Assembly (NCBI RefSeq): GCF_006345805.1
Contig: NC_042999.1
Location: 40,114,001-40,178,000, forward strand
Origin: Octopus sinensis
Taxonomy: Eukaryota
Length of the DNA: 64,000 nt
Direction of reading: 5' to 3'
The notes beneath the pieces are model-generated. The model was not told the DNA's origin. It saw only the letters and a program-made list of their open reading frames with translations, and did no database searches. This document shows, one piece after another, positions 12,813-26,642 of the stretch. Position 1 is the stretch's first letter, and each line of letters starts with the position of its first letter. The position numbers and the translations under genes were made by a program.

Positions 12813-13195
12813 ATATATATATATATATGAAGCATACATACACACACACTCACACACATATATATACGTAATAATATGTTTTATATATGTACATATATAT
12901 ATTTATATACACACACAAACAAATATATATATATATATACATATACATATATGTATATATATATATATATATAGATATATATATATACATATATATACAT
13001 ACATATATATATATAATATATATAGATATATATATGTATATATGTATATATATATATATATATATGAAGCATACATACACACACACTCACACACATATAT
13101 ATACGTAAATAATATGTTTTATATATGTACATATATTTATTTATATACACACACAAACAAATATATATATATATTTATATATATATATGTATATA

Positions 13196-13745
13196 TAACT
13201 TAGAATAACTTAGAAAGGTTTTGGCCAGTATTGGCCCAGGCCATGTCTAACTTAATAGCACCACCTGGTGAAGTCTTTCAGTTCAGGATTTGGGCACCAA
13301 GGCCCATTCGAGCAGAGAGTTATTGTTTGCGGAGACATATCCGGGTGTGGGTGGTTTGTCCGGTACTGTTTGAAGGAATTTGTCCAAAGACTTCTTGAAT
13401 TTTGTGTGGTCAGTTTCTTTTTTGACGTGCCCTGGTGTAATGTTGAAGAGAGCAGGTCCAGTTGAGGTGAAATAGTTGTGCCGTTTTGTCGTTATGTGAT
13501 GCGATTTAGATTTTTGTTGTGGACGGATGGCACGTGGTCCAAGCCTTGGATGCATTTTGAAGGTGATGCCAACATCATTCGGACAGTGCTGGTGGAATAT
13601 TTTCCACATCATACAGATAATGTAGCGTTCACGGCGTCGTTGGAGTGAATACAATTTCAGCTTCTCTAGTCTACCCCAGTAGTCAAGGTCTGACATGCCA
13701 TCTATCTTTTTTGTGATTGACCTTTGGGGAGCTTCAATTCTCATA
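13196..13745 (-). mobile_element. 5'-truncated CR1/L2-group LINE 3' end
   Basis: ORF 13283-13744: LEKLKLYSLQRRRERY..WKI..GPALFN..FKKSLDKFLQTVPDKP, homologous to the C-terminus of the LINE at 29834-30300. Short tandem tail (ttctaagtta)x2. Confidence 0.85.
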
Positions 13746-13782
13746 ATATTTTGTTTTGTGTAGGGAGACCACAGTGGACATA

Positions 13783-13817
<35 letters not shown>

Positions 13818-13818
13818 C

Positions 13819-16800
13819 TCTATAATATATAACGGCAGTTTGTCTGTGCGTGCTTCTGTGTGTCTGTTTTCTCGTACCGTCACCCTGCCCGGGCTTTCAT
13901 TCACAAAATCTGATGAAACTTGACACACACATAGCCCAATGTCATAATTCAAAACTAACGAAGCGAAAATTTTGAAAAGTTCCCCCAGTTCTGAAAAAAA
14001 TTGATAAATTCGACATGGGGTCGAGAATCATAAACATGAACCACAGACTGTCTAGGGGACGCAACTCGAGAATCTAAGCTTTTTTTATGCACGCATCGCA
14101 TCCATGGTAGTTTCACAATTGCAATCGATTTTCACCAAACTCATGGTGAAGCTTAATGTGACCCTAAGAAACTCAATTCTGACGTTAGTTTTCCATGCAA
14201 TACCCACCATCATAGAACAATCGATAAAATCATGCCATTTTGGGAAATCGCGTTCAAATTCAAGATGACATATTTTCGACAATATCTTCACAAATTGGCA
14301 GGAATCTTTTTTTTTTTCACAACGAACTTCATGTCTGCTCCAAGGAGCTATATAGCCTTTTTATTCCAATAGGATACATTATTGGAAAAAATCGGTTAAT
14401 TTAATCATATGTGGCACACATAGCAAACAAATTTGTGTATTAAACACAAACCAGACTGTCTAGGGGACGCAACTTGACCTTTTTAGCTATCGATAATTCG
14501 ATCCAACCAATTCCTACCAGGAAGAAATTACATTCGAGACTTACCCCCCAACACCGCCACTTCTGCTAATAGCTGCTGCAGCCGCAAGTTATTCGAATAC
14601 TTTTTGGGTTTAAACTTTCTTTATAACTACACCCCAAACGTTTTACCTTCAATTTTTGACGTACCCTAACGGTCCTCGGACGCTACTTGCAAACTCTTGG
14701 TTTATTATAAACCACTTTTGTCGTGTGCATCAAAAAACTTTTCCTTTCGTTTGTTCAGTTTGATCACTTTTGACTTTTTCGTTGTTGTCACTCACATTGC
14801 TGCCAGCTTTTTGGCCGTTTTTGTACATTTTTATACATTTTCGGATACTTACCCCACGAGCTCCTTTTTTATACCCTTTACCAAACACATTGCTATCCAC
14901 CAAAATACTTACCCCACGTGTTCCTTTTTATTACACCTTTGCCAAACACATTGCTATCCACCAAAATGCCACCCAAGAAGAGAAGGACCCTCCTCAGCCC
15001 TCGGACGGCCAAGGCATCGGCTGCTAGGGCTAGAAGGGCACGCGAGACCCACGAGGAAACCGCCTTGCGCCTCTCGCAAACAGCTTCCCGTTATGCCGCT
15101 GCTCAGGCATCTGAAACTACTAGCGACCGTTCTACCCGACTTGCAAGGGTCGCAGCGTACAGATCTTCCCTCCGCTCGAGGTTGACGAAAGAGCAACAGT
15201 CCAGCCAAAACATGCGGGCTTCTTACTGTGCTTCCATCCGCAGAGCTCACGAGAACCCCGAACAAAGGGCCATTCGGAATGCGGCTAACGCCACTAGCAC
15301 TGCCAGGACACGATCTGTCGGAACCTCACAGCAGAGGAGAACTCGCCAAGCTGCTAACGCCGCAAACACAGCCAGGGCTCGATCTGCCGAAACTCCACAC
15401 CAACGGACTATTCGGACATCCAGACATGCCATTAACACTGCTTCTGCTAGGGCTTCAGAGGGTGCTGAGGCGAGAGCTGAAAGGCTTTCAAGGGATGCCA
15501 CTGCTACCGCTGTCGCACGTGCATCTGAATCTGCCGAGGCACGGTGCACTCGACTTGAGAGTATCAACAAACGTCGGGATATCATTCGTGGTGTACGTAC
15601 CCCTGCCCCCGCTTTCTGGTTGTCACTAGCATTCAACTACGACCCCACAATTAACTTCTCCTTGCGTGACGACATCAAGATAGGGTCAATGACAATTGTA
15701 TGCCAGTTTTGCAAAGCCAAGAAATGGCCCGGAGAGCCACCTGGTTTGTGCTGCTCTGGTGGCAAAGTGGACCTGCCACCCCTACGGGAACCACCTCAAC
15801 CACTGAAGGATCTCGCGGCGGGTTTAACCCCCGATTCGTCACAATTCCTTGAAATAATTCGAAAGTACAACTGCTCATTCCAAATGACCTCTTTCGGGGC
15901 CAAAATTCCTCCCAGAGAAGGCTGGATGCCTACTTTCAAAGTGCAGGGACAGGTCTACCATCTTATTGGGTCACTTCTGCCAGACGAGATTCAGCAGTCT
16001 TCTTTCCTACAAATATACTTCATTGCCGACTACAACCACCAGGTTGATGCACGCCTTGGAATAATACCGGGTACAAGCTATGTTCCCCGCAAAGACATTC
16101 TTCTCCGTCTCCAAACCATGCTTCATGATATCAACAGCTACGTCTGCAGCTTCAGATATGCCTTGGACAGTGCTCCTTCTCCAAACTTCACCGTTGTCAT
16201 TGATGCTGATAAACGACCCCACGGGGAGCACGAACGCCGTTTCAACGCACCTGCGTGCCAACGAAATTGCCGCAGTTATACACGGAGAGCAACACAACAG
16301 CCGTGACATAATCATCTCCTCCCGTGGTAACAACCTACACAGGATCAGCGAGACTCACAGATCTTATGACGCGCTTCAGTATCCATTGCTTTTCCCTTAT
16401 GGGGAAGACGGCTACCACTTCGGAATTCCTTTACGGCAGCCCTCCAATCAAACTACTGCGGCATCAAAGACGGTTTCCTGCAAGCGTTCTACTCATACCG
16501 GTTCATGGTCAGGGAGGGTGAGTTCAACTTATTGCCCCGTTGTCGTCAGCTATTCAACCAGTTCGCCGTCGACATGGCCGCAAAAATGGAATCGGAAAGG
16601 CTGCTATACATTAAACTTAATCAGACCAAACTTCGCTCCGACTCCTACATTCATCTCCGTGACGGTTTGCAACAAGAAAATGACCCTCGCAACATCTGCA
16701 ACCATGCATTCTACCCTCCACCTTCACGGGAGGACCGCGATATATGCGTGAAAGGACCAAGACGCCTTGACCTACGTGCGCATTTACGGCCGGCCGGACC

Positions 16801-19800
16801 TCTTTATCACCTACACGTGCAATCCCAGCTGCGACGAAATCACTCGCGAAATCCTCCCGGGTCAATCTCACACCCATCGACACGACATCGTTGCTAGGGT
16901 TTTCCGTCTGAATTTGGGCAAAATGAAGGATTTTATAGTTAAGGGTCAGATTTTCGGGCATGTCAGGTGCCACATGTTTTCGGTCGAGTGGCAAAAGAGG
17001 GGCTTTCCACATGCTCACATATTAATTTTGGCTCACTCATAAAATCGAGACTAATGACATTGACAAATTCATTTCCGCCGAGATTCCTGACCCCGATGAA
17101 CACCCGGACTCTACGAAATTGTCCGCACTACCATGGTACACGGGCCCTGTGGACCAAATTACGCCAACACACCATGCTACAAAAACGGATTAGCCTGCTC
17201 AAAGGGATTCCCTAAACGGTTCACTTTGGAGACTCAAACAGGCGGCGATGGGTATCCGCTGTACAAACGAAGGAGTCCAGCCAATGGAGGCCGCACGATT
17301 ACGGTTGGGCGACATCAAGTGGACAACAGCTACATTGTCCCCTACTGTCCTCTCCTGTCGAAGATATTCAAAGCCCACGTCAACGTTGAGTTCTGCAGCT
17401 CCATCAGGTCAATACAATATGTCTGCAAATATATCAACAAAGGCAGCGATGCTGCCATGTTCAGCATCCAGAGGACCACCAGTCGCGACGAAGTGTCCAG
17501 CTACTTGGCTGGCCGGTACCTCAGCAGCAACGAAGCGTTTTGGCGCATTTACGGCTTCCCGCTCCATCAGAGACACCCGGCTGTGGTGCAGCTTGCTGTA
17601 CACTTGGAAAATGGACAGCGGATTTACTTCACAGAGCAAAGTGCTGTGCAGATAGCCACCAGCCCTAAAGACACAACGTTGACTGGTTTCTTCAAATTAT
17701 GCCAACGTGATGACTTCGCTCGAACGCTTTTGTACCCACAGGTCCCATCGTACTTCGTGTGGTCTAAAAACACCTGGGTTCGACGGAAATCCGGCAAAAA
17801 CGTCGAAAGCTTCCCAGGCGTCAAGTTTGACTCCTGCCTGGGTCGAGTTTACAACATCCCGCCAAACCAGAGAATGCTTCTACCTCCGTCTCCTTCTACA
17901 TGAGGTCACTGGTTCGAACAGGTTTCGCCAATATACGTACCGTCAATGGGGTTCTGTGCGACACCTTCAGGGAAGCATGTATGAGACTTGGCCTTCTAGA
18001 GGATGACTCCCAGTGGGACGCCACGATGGCAGAGGGTGCTTTACTGCAAACGCATTCGGCCCTACGACATCTTTTCGCAATCCTTCTTCAAAAATGTCAG
18101 CTTAGTCATCCACTAAGTCTCTGGATGAAATACAGGGATGACATGTCGCACGACTTCTTACGTACGGCTCAGCAACACTGCCCTTCCGCCGAGATCACGT
18201 TCACCAACTTCATTTACAATTTTGCGCTCATTCAACTCGAAGACGCTGTCATCGATATGGGTGGGTCTGCTTTAACAGAGTACGGCCTTCCACCACCCAC
18301 ACGTGAACACGCCAATGTTATGTCTGCTGAATTGTTACGCGAAACTTCCTACTGCATTGAGGAACTGCACCAGTACGTCCAAGATAATGAACCACGGCTG
18401 CTTCCAGACCAGCGCATAGCCTACAACACCATCGTAGACTCTGTCAGACAGCAACGTGGGGGGATTTTCTTCCTTGATGCACCCGGCGGCACAGGCAAAA
18501 CCTTCGTCACTAAACTAATTCTGGCAGAGGTCAGACGCAACACGGACATTGCCCTGGCTGTAGCTTCCTCTGGTATCGCGGCCACGTTGCTTCCGGGTGG
18601 CAGAACCGCCCACTCTGCCTTCAGACTCCCGCTCGATCTGGCAAAGTCCGAGTCACCTATCTGCAACATCGCCAAGAACTCAGAACAGGCCGACATTCTT
18701 CGCAGATGCAAACTCATCGTATGGGACGAGTGCACTATGGCACACAAAGGCGCCCTTGAGGCACTGGACAGGTCCCTGCAAGACATCAGAGACTCTACGG
18801 CCCCCATGGGAGGATTAACTTTACTTCTTTCAGGAGACTTCAGGCAGACTCTACCTGTTATTCCAAAAGGAACCCGTGCCGATGCCGTGCGCGCGTGCCT
18901 TAAGTCGTCAGCTCTTTGGGCACATGTGCGGCCCTTGCACCTCCAAACTAACATGCGCGCGCAGTTAATTGGTGACAGCGGATCCGCTGCATTCTCCAGG
19001 GACCTCTTATCGCTCGGTGAAAATAGGATGCTGTCTGATGCGGATGGCTACGTTCAATTGGACTCACTTTGCACCATTGTCGACACCCCTGCTAGCCTCC
19101 GGGACGCTGTCTTCCACGACCTACAAAACAATTTACGCGACCTAAAATGGCTGGCAGGCAGAGCTATTCTCGCACCCAAAAATACAACCGTCAACTCCAT
19201 CAATATCCAGCTACTTGAAGCTATTCCTGGTGATGTCCACGTCTACGAATCTATAGATAGGACAGCAGACCCCGCCCAGCTTGCCGATTATCCTGTTGAA
19301 TTCCTGAATTCACTTGAACCGCCAGGCCTGCCACCACACATCCTGAAGTTAAAAGTCGGTGCGCCCATTATGCTCATCAGGAATTTGGTTCCACCTAAAC
19401 AGTGCAACGGCACACGTTTGGTTGTGAAACATTTGGCACCACATTTAATAACGGCCACAATACTTACCGGTTGTGGGAAGGGAGAGGACGTCTTCATTCC
19501 ACGGATGCACCTTCAACCGTCGGGCGGACGCTGACCTACTATCCACTTCAGGCGTTCTCAGTTTCCTGTTAAACTCTGCTACGCAATGTCCATCAATAAA
19601 TCCCAAGGCCAAACGCTACAAGTCGCTGGGTTACATTTGGGCGAACAGTGCTTCGCCCACGGTCAACTCTACGTGGGCTGTTCACGCGTTGGGAGGCGCA
19701 ATGATGTTTTCATGTTTTCGCCCAAACGGCCAGCTAGGAACATCGTATATACAGAAGTATTCCAGTGAAGACAAGACATTGCAACGTCCACATGCACCTT

Positions 19801-19890
19801 CGTTCCCTGGAGGGAAAGGACTACATTGGGATTAGTCGTTGCCTACTAGGGGCTCTTACATACCCGGGCAACGCCGGGCTATGCTGCTAG
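13819..19890 (+). mobile_element. Helitron, near full length
   Basis: 5' TCTATAATATATAAC at 13819 (preceded by C rather than the canonical A). 3' hairpin cccgg-gcaacg-ccggg (19863-19878) then CTAG (19887-19890) followed by T. Both sides are (TA)n; contains a RepHel ORF. Confidence 0.95.
14966..19768 (+). CDS. Helitron RepHel (STPR-like repeats, Zn finger, HUH Rep, Pif1-family helicase), about 6 frameshifts as assembled
   Basis: MPPKKRR start; CQFCKA..CC; PDLFITYTC; VEWQKRGFPHAHILI; QYVCKYINKG; FLDAPGGTGKT; WDEC; GDFRQTLPV; MSINKSQGQTL; FAHGQLYVGCSRV; TGA at 19766-19768. Confidence 0.93.
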
Positions 19891-19983
<93 letters not shown>

Positions 19984-20003
19984 ATTATATATATATATAT
20001 ATA

Positions 20004-20036
<33 letters not shown>

Positions 20037-20249
20037 TTATATGCTATTCGCGTTGCTGAAGAAACTGTTTTCTTTCCAATTACGAATAAAATACAAGGAT
20101 ATAAAAAAAGCAATATCTGAAATTAATTTGTTCCGTTAACTGCATTTTGCTCTTCTTGTATATTTATTTTCCTGTACATGCACGTATAGGTTTATCTCCA
20201 TACATATGTGTATATACATACATGTATATATATGTATATATATGTACAT

Positions 20250-20295
<46 letters not shown>

Positions 20296-20808
20296 CGCAA
20301 TATATGCCTCCCTGTTGTTGTTTTCATGTGTATATATATACGTTTTCACGCAAACACTCCCCCAGGCATACACAAATTCAACTTGGCATATGTGTGTACG
20401 CGTGTGTCTGTCTGGTATGCGTTTGTATATAAGAGATAACGAGACAGACGCTGTTCTTTGCAGAAGTAGCATAATTTCAATTTGGCAAACTATGAAAAAA
20501 GTATTAATTTTGAAACAATATTTATTTATATATTAATGTGAAAACAAAGCATACATATATTTCACACACATATATGGGGGATAAATGAACACCGTTTGGA
20601 CACAAGTGTATGTGTGATTGTGTATGTCCATATGCGTGTGCATGATGATGTATATAAGTATATGTATATATATGTGTGTATGTATTGTATTGATACATAA
20701 ATGACATAGATACACACAAACACATACTTACACACATACGAAAATATATATACATACATACATACGTACATAAATACATATATATATATATGTATATGTT
20801 CGTATGTA

Positions 20809-20856
<48 letters not shown>

Positions 20857-22562
20857 ATATATTTATACACTCACATGCATATATATATGTTCTAAAATAA
20901 ATATGCGTTCTAATAGTCTGTCAAACTCAAATTACACTTTTTTGCAAAGAACATTGTTTAATATTTTTTCTCTCTTTCAAACGTCTATTCATTTCAAAAA
21001 GGTATTAAGATAAATATAATATCATAGTTTAAGAATTTGTTATGACTTTTATATCTTTGGAGATATTCGTTATAAATTACCGAGACTCAAATATTTGATT
21101 AGTTCAGTTGACATATGTAGCAATTATGTGTAAATCTAATACAACTTCTGTGTCCGTCAAACTTTTGGCTGAAAATACATTTGTATTGATTATTTGAACA
21201 GTGAATATATACAGTGTTGGTGTAGTCATATTGCATTCCAACATTACAGTCGAGTATTTGATGCAAAATAGCTCTGGAGAAGAACTGGAAAATACTGATG
21301 ATCTTATGTTATCGAAATTGCAACAGGAAGCTTTTCCTTCTGCCTGTTTCAAATTTGGACAACGAGAGTACAGTTAGGACAATGGAATAATCCAATGATA
21401 GTGGGGTTGTGAATTTTGTTTGCAATCACTAACTGTGCAACTAAAGTGAATTAACTCGGCTGATATCGTTCTGATATTTGCTTGCAACAGATTGGACTTC
21501 GCTGAAATCAAAGATAGCTTACGTTATCTGTAACGATAGCGTGCTTTGTCGTTTCTCCTGGCTAACAGATGAAACGGGAGCTCGTGTTGCTGCATAGCGC
21601 GCCATAAACGCAAATGGGAAGCTTTCCTATCATATCTGTTTGGGCATATCAATCTCTTTTATATTTGGCAGTCTGCTATTTACTTCCATAGTATCCAAAA
21701 TGTGAGCAAGCCCTACATGATAACTATTCCAAGATTTTCGTGCCGGAGTAGGTATTTTTAAGTGTTGATGCATTCTTATACAGCACCGGGTTGGAAAATG
21801 AGATATATTCTTTAGAGATATGGTCTTGTATTTTCGAATATCTCCTTGAATTTATAATATAAAATTTATTTATTTTACATTTAAGTATAACTTCAGACAC
21901 ATACACACACATATAAGAGCATCAAACACACGTGCATATTATATTGATATTGAATGATAATTTAACAAATGAATATTTTTGTTTGACTTGAGTCCCTGCA
22001 TAAATTATAATTTCTGAATAAATAATGATCGAAAAACTGATATACCGAGTGTGAAAATTATTGCTTGGTATGAATTTAGATCAAGTGACCTTTCTCTTCT
22101 ATAATTGTGGATGTGTTTGTTAAAGTCTTCTCAAATTTCAACCATATTTTCCTTTCAAATTTTCGTATGAAATGACATGAGATAATTATTGAAAGGAAAT
22201 ATCTGTTGAATAACATTTAGATAACAGAAATAGTTACACTTGCTTCGTGACATTTACAGAAGTATATCAGCCTTTTTTTAGATATGTATTGAGTTAGACG
22301 GTAAATGAAATAAACACACTTCATTTCGTTTGATCGGGAAAGAGAGAAAGTTGTGAATTTTCATCGTGTCATATAATTGTGGACAGTGGTGCCTAATTAA
22401 GTTGCTCAGGTTAATGGTATATTCTGTTTGAGTCTGTTTGCATGTATTATAAGTAATTGTATGTAAATTAACAAGGTTTTAATGGTGTGTATGAAGGTAT
22501 GTATACACACACATGCATATATTTATACATACATATACGCAAATATACATACATATATACTC

Positions 22563-22601
<39 letters not shown>

Positions 22602-23134
22602 CTAATTATAAAAGATAGTTAACATGAATGACAAATAGCAACTAATTTGAGATAGGAAATGCAAATCAATGCCATTAACCGTGTATCTATCAACTCTGAG
22701 AGGATGCATTAACTGTTACATCAAAGTTTGTCATCGGCGACCAGTCCCCTTAAATTACTTCCATATATATTTACCTTAATTTTATCTGAAATTCTTTATG
22801 ATCATCTGCATCTACTTTCTCTAGCAAATAATTCTCTTAGATATTCGACAACGATCAGGACGGTTAGTTGTACTGTTATTAAATATGATATAGCGATACA
22901 ACATTTGACAACATGAATACAAATGTATTACAAACGAAGTTTAACAATCTAATCTGACACTAGGATTCCTTTCGCGGAATTCACTCTATTGGTAGAAAGA
23001 GGGACAACACTCCAGTGTGATGATAACACGTTAGTGTAAGGTTTCGCTACATTTCCCCAACAACACTTCCACACTGGGAGTTCACTGAAATTTTCAACAT
23101 GCCTTTAAAATATGTACCGATGCAACTCAATAAT

Positions 23135-23525
23135 AGAGTGGACGAAACCATTGCCCATATCACAAACGAATGCGCTTGACTTGTCCTTAACCACTACAAG
23201 TTGTGGCGACATGATCATGAAGCAAACGTGATACATTGGAAACTGTGCTAGAGTGGCGGAGTCAGAGGCTAGCAAAATCCTCTGGGATTTCCGAATCCAA
23301 ACAGATCAGGTGCTAGAGCATAACAGAACGGACCTAGTGGTGGTCGACAGGATGCACCGCATGTGCTATATAGTTGATCTTGCATGACACTTTGACCCAC
23401 GAATAATCAAGTTGGAAGGCGAAAAGTAGAAAAATACAAACCTCTTAAGTGGAAAATATCCTAGTTATGGAAAATAAAGAAGGTGATGACAATGCCAATT
23501 ATTATTGGGTCCTTGGGGACAATAT
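23135..23525 (+). mobile_element. R4/Dong-like LINE remnant (CCHC finger + restriction-like endonuclease)
   Basis: ETIAHITNEC..RHD..ANVIHWKLC; KILWDFRIQTDQVLEHNRTDLVVVD..CYIVDLA; MPIIIGSLGT, with stops. Confidence 0.8.
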
Positions 23526-23801
23526 AAGAAAGCATGTCTTGCATGTCTGTGTATATATGTCATATAGAGGTATAAATTAGAGGTGGTGTTTAAAGTCTCT
23601 AAGGGATAGATTTATCCAAAGGCTGTCCTGGCAGTTACCTCGGTAGGTATACTCCTTCGAAAAATGTATACGGCAGCAGTTAATTTAGTGGTTAAACCGT
23701 AGTTTAATTTATATAGAATGAAGGTAAAATAACAGTAAGAAGCGCGTATTTTGTAGTAGGGAGACAGTATTTAATTAGTTAAGAAAGGTGAGAGTAAGAG
23801 T

Positions 23802-23890
23802 GAGTTTACGATCGTTTCTGTGTACCATGCTGTAGAAAGATTATATTTATATTTTTCCCTCCTTGCCAATGGTAGAAATGATCAGAACGA
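23802..23890 (-). ncRNA. Degenerate hammerhead of the second PLE
   Basis: Minus strand: CTGATCA (core with G8>C), partly paired stem II tttctacca/tggtacaca, GAAA c-gatc-g TA aactc with palindromic ACGATCGT. Confidence 0.5.
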
Positions 23891-25457
23891 AGAAGAGAAG
23901 TAGTGAAAAGTGCGGAAAAGAAAATAATCAAAAGTTCGAAATTCTTACATTATAGTTAGGTTCAGAGTTCATTAAGTCCGTTGTGAGGTGGGAGAAGAAT
24001 AGAAGTTAGTTGAATCTGTGGTCTCGTGGTTATTTAAAAGCATGGTTTCCACATGTCTGTGACCTGACCTCTAGGGTTTGCCTGCCGGTGCAATGTAAGG
24101 GAGTGAAGTCTAATTAAGGATAACAGGTGCGGTTATAAGGACCTATGTGTCAGTAAATTATAGGTCGTAGGCGGTTCGTATTTATACAGGAAGCCGTATA
24201 TAAGTGTAAAGTATAGATCGAAGGTCAATCCGATCTGGCGTGTAGAAAGACTCATTGGCATAATATTATTTAGTTATATCGAATGCAAAAAGAGAACGGC
24301 GCTTGAAGGAGAAAATTTTGCGTGTAAGTAGCGTCGGTGGTTATCGACTAAAAAGATTTATAGGAATAAATAGGCTAGCGTAGGATGTAGAATAGATATA
24401 TAATTATTGATTTATAATGTGGTTTTGGAGTAGGGTAACATAGAATATCACTTAGGTATATTGTTTATTTATTTAAAATGTAGGTTTGGATTGGTGTAAG
24501 CTAGTTAGGTAAGAATTAGGTTAGGGGGAGGTAATGCGCTGATGAGTAAGTCTGCTAGTAGGATTAAGGCAACAAGGTAGTGGTGTGTATAGGATTGAGC
24601 CGGTTAACGAAACTTAGAAAAGACAAATCGGCCTATAATTGTATACAACATTTATTATTTTCATATTTCCTATTGAGTAGCGGTTTAGCCATTAATATTG
24701 GAGGCGTTCTGTTAAACAGAGATCACACCGCTTATTGGTAGTGTTATAAGATGAGCTGTTTGCTAGAATACGCCATTCTAAATTGTAATTGATTTTTCTC
24801 GTCCTTTAATTCCTAGATGTATCTACTAAGCCTTCAAGAGTTTGCTTTTTTTCTATTTCTAAAACTAGATGAGTGTGAATTGTACCTAAGTATCATTTGA
24901 TTTTTTGTGTCTCTTATATACGTTTTGCATGGCTATTTGTGAGTGCATTTTTGGTTTTACACCTATTAGAGAATTGACACTGTCTGTACATCCACATAAA
25001 ATATTCAGTTTATCTCTGCTAGTGTTGTGTTGAGGGGGCAGCTACTGTTTCTCGGGTCGTTGTCCGTGTTGCTAGAAGGCGCGTCATTATGGGAGACATT
25101 TATCCAATTTGCCGGTTGGCTGTTATGTTTTATGTTGCTAACGTTCCTAGTTTCGCGGACGTTGTCTAACCAGATCTTATTGCTATTTCGTTTCTTATTA
25201 ATATTGTTATTTTTGGTATAGAAACTGCTCTCGGTTTTCGTATAGCGAGTGAAGTTGTAGTTATGGTTATTGTATTTCTTTCTACAGTTGTGTTTATGGT
25301 TATTATTGTTCGTGCTAGTTTTAGTGGAATTATTTCTATACGGTTTATGTGAACTAAATGGTTTGGTGTTATCATTCTTTACTTGGGTTATACTGGTTCT
25401 TTGGGTTCGTTATTTTTATTCCTATTAATATTTAGGTTCATATTATTATTATTATTA

Positions 25458-25880
25458 TTGAGTGAGAGAGCAGTTCATGCCATCAAAGTGACACTGGGGT
25501 AAAATATACGAAGCCCAATATACCCATCATGACTACCCGTCTGACAAGGGTACACCAGGCACATGCATCACAACAATATGTGCGCGACATGGTGATCTCA
25601 TATCAAGATAAACAGCACATGACCTTGCAGGTGGGGCCCAGTTAGAAATTTCTTCAGGTTGAGTAGCCCATCCCGCTCAAAAGGTCCCTAAATAAGGGTT
25701 GTTTAAGGATGTTGAAATAACCACCCATGTTTCCAGAGGTGAATTATTCAAACCCCAAAGAATCCTTCTCAACACATGGCTATGATGCTCCCCCACTACT
25801 TCTGCTCGTGATCAGAGATGCACATATCGTCAGCCACTAAGGGACATGCTCAACTGGTTAAGGTCAAACAACTGATTATT
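25458..25880 (-). mobile_element. (AAT)n-tailed retroposon, 5'-truncated copy
   Basis: Near-identical to 26003-26420. On the minus strand it ends ...ctgctctctcactc(AAT)n; flanked by (ATT)n on both sides. Confidence 0.8.
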
Positions 25881-25881
25881 A

Positions 25882-25967
<86 letters not shown>

Positions 25968-25971
25968 GTTA

Positions 25972-26002
<31 letters not shown>

Positions 26003-26003
<1 letters not shown>

Positions 26004-26557
26004 GAGTGAGAGAGCAGTTCATGCCATCAAAGTGACACTGGGGTAAAATATACGAAGCCCAATATACCCATCATGACTACCCGTCTGATAAAGGTACACC
26101 AGGCACATGCATCACAACCATATGTGCGCGACATGGTGATCTCATATGAAGATAAATAGCACATGACCTTGCAGGTGGGGCCCAGTTAGAATTTTCTTCA
26201 GGTTGAGTAGCCCATCACGCTCAAACGGCCCCTGAATAAGGATTGTTTAAGGATGTTGAAAGAACCACCCATGTTTCCAGAGGTGAACTATTCAAACCCC
26301 AAAGAATCCCTCTCAACACATGGCTATGATGCTCCCCCACTACTTCTGCTCGTGATCAGAGATGCACATATCGTCAGCCACTAAGGGACATGCTCAACTG
26401 GTTAAGGTCAAACAACTGACAAGCAAATCTGTGGTATTGAGCAGAATATTTGCTGTAGCCCATCTTTTATACCAAGACAAAACAATGTACATGATAGCAC
26501 TTCCAATCAGTTAAGATCAGAAGCCATGAGAGCCACTGCCTGGTACTGCATCAGGGC

Positions 26558-26558
<1 letters not shown>
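26003..26558 (-). mobile_element. (AAT)n-tailed retroposon, ~555-bp copy
   Basis: Same 3' end as 25458, flanked by (ATT)n. A degraded third copy at ~42735-43110 ends at about the same 5' position. Confidence 0.8.

Positions 26559-26642
<84 letters not shown>

Noticed and set aside
14697-19835. Overlapping and antisense ORFs within the Helitron (e.g. 14954-15265, 15247-15636, 18421-18954)
   Set aside because: Expected shadows of a GC-rich coding sequence; no recognisable motifs.
21100-22950. Possible host exons in unique-looking stretches (also 34600-34810, 51380-52080, 58670-60000)
   Set aside because: No sustained reading frame, recognisable domain or consistent splice pattern; cannot be supported without RNA data.
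24538-24620. CTGATGA...GAAAC as a hammerhead
   Set aside because: No stem III or NUH site and no convincing stems I/II. The same applies to CTGATGA at ~12607, ~13911, ~39224 and ~55634.
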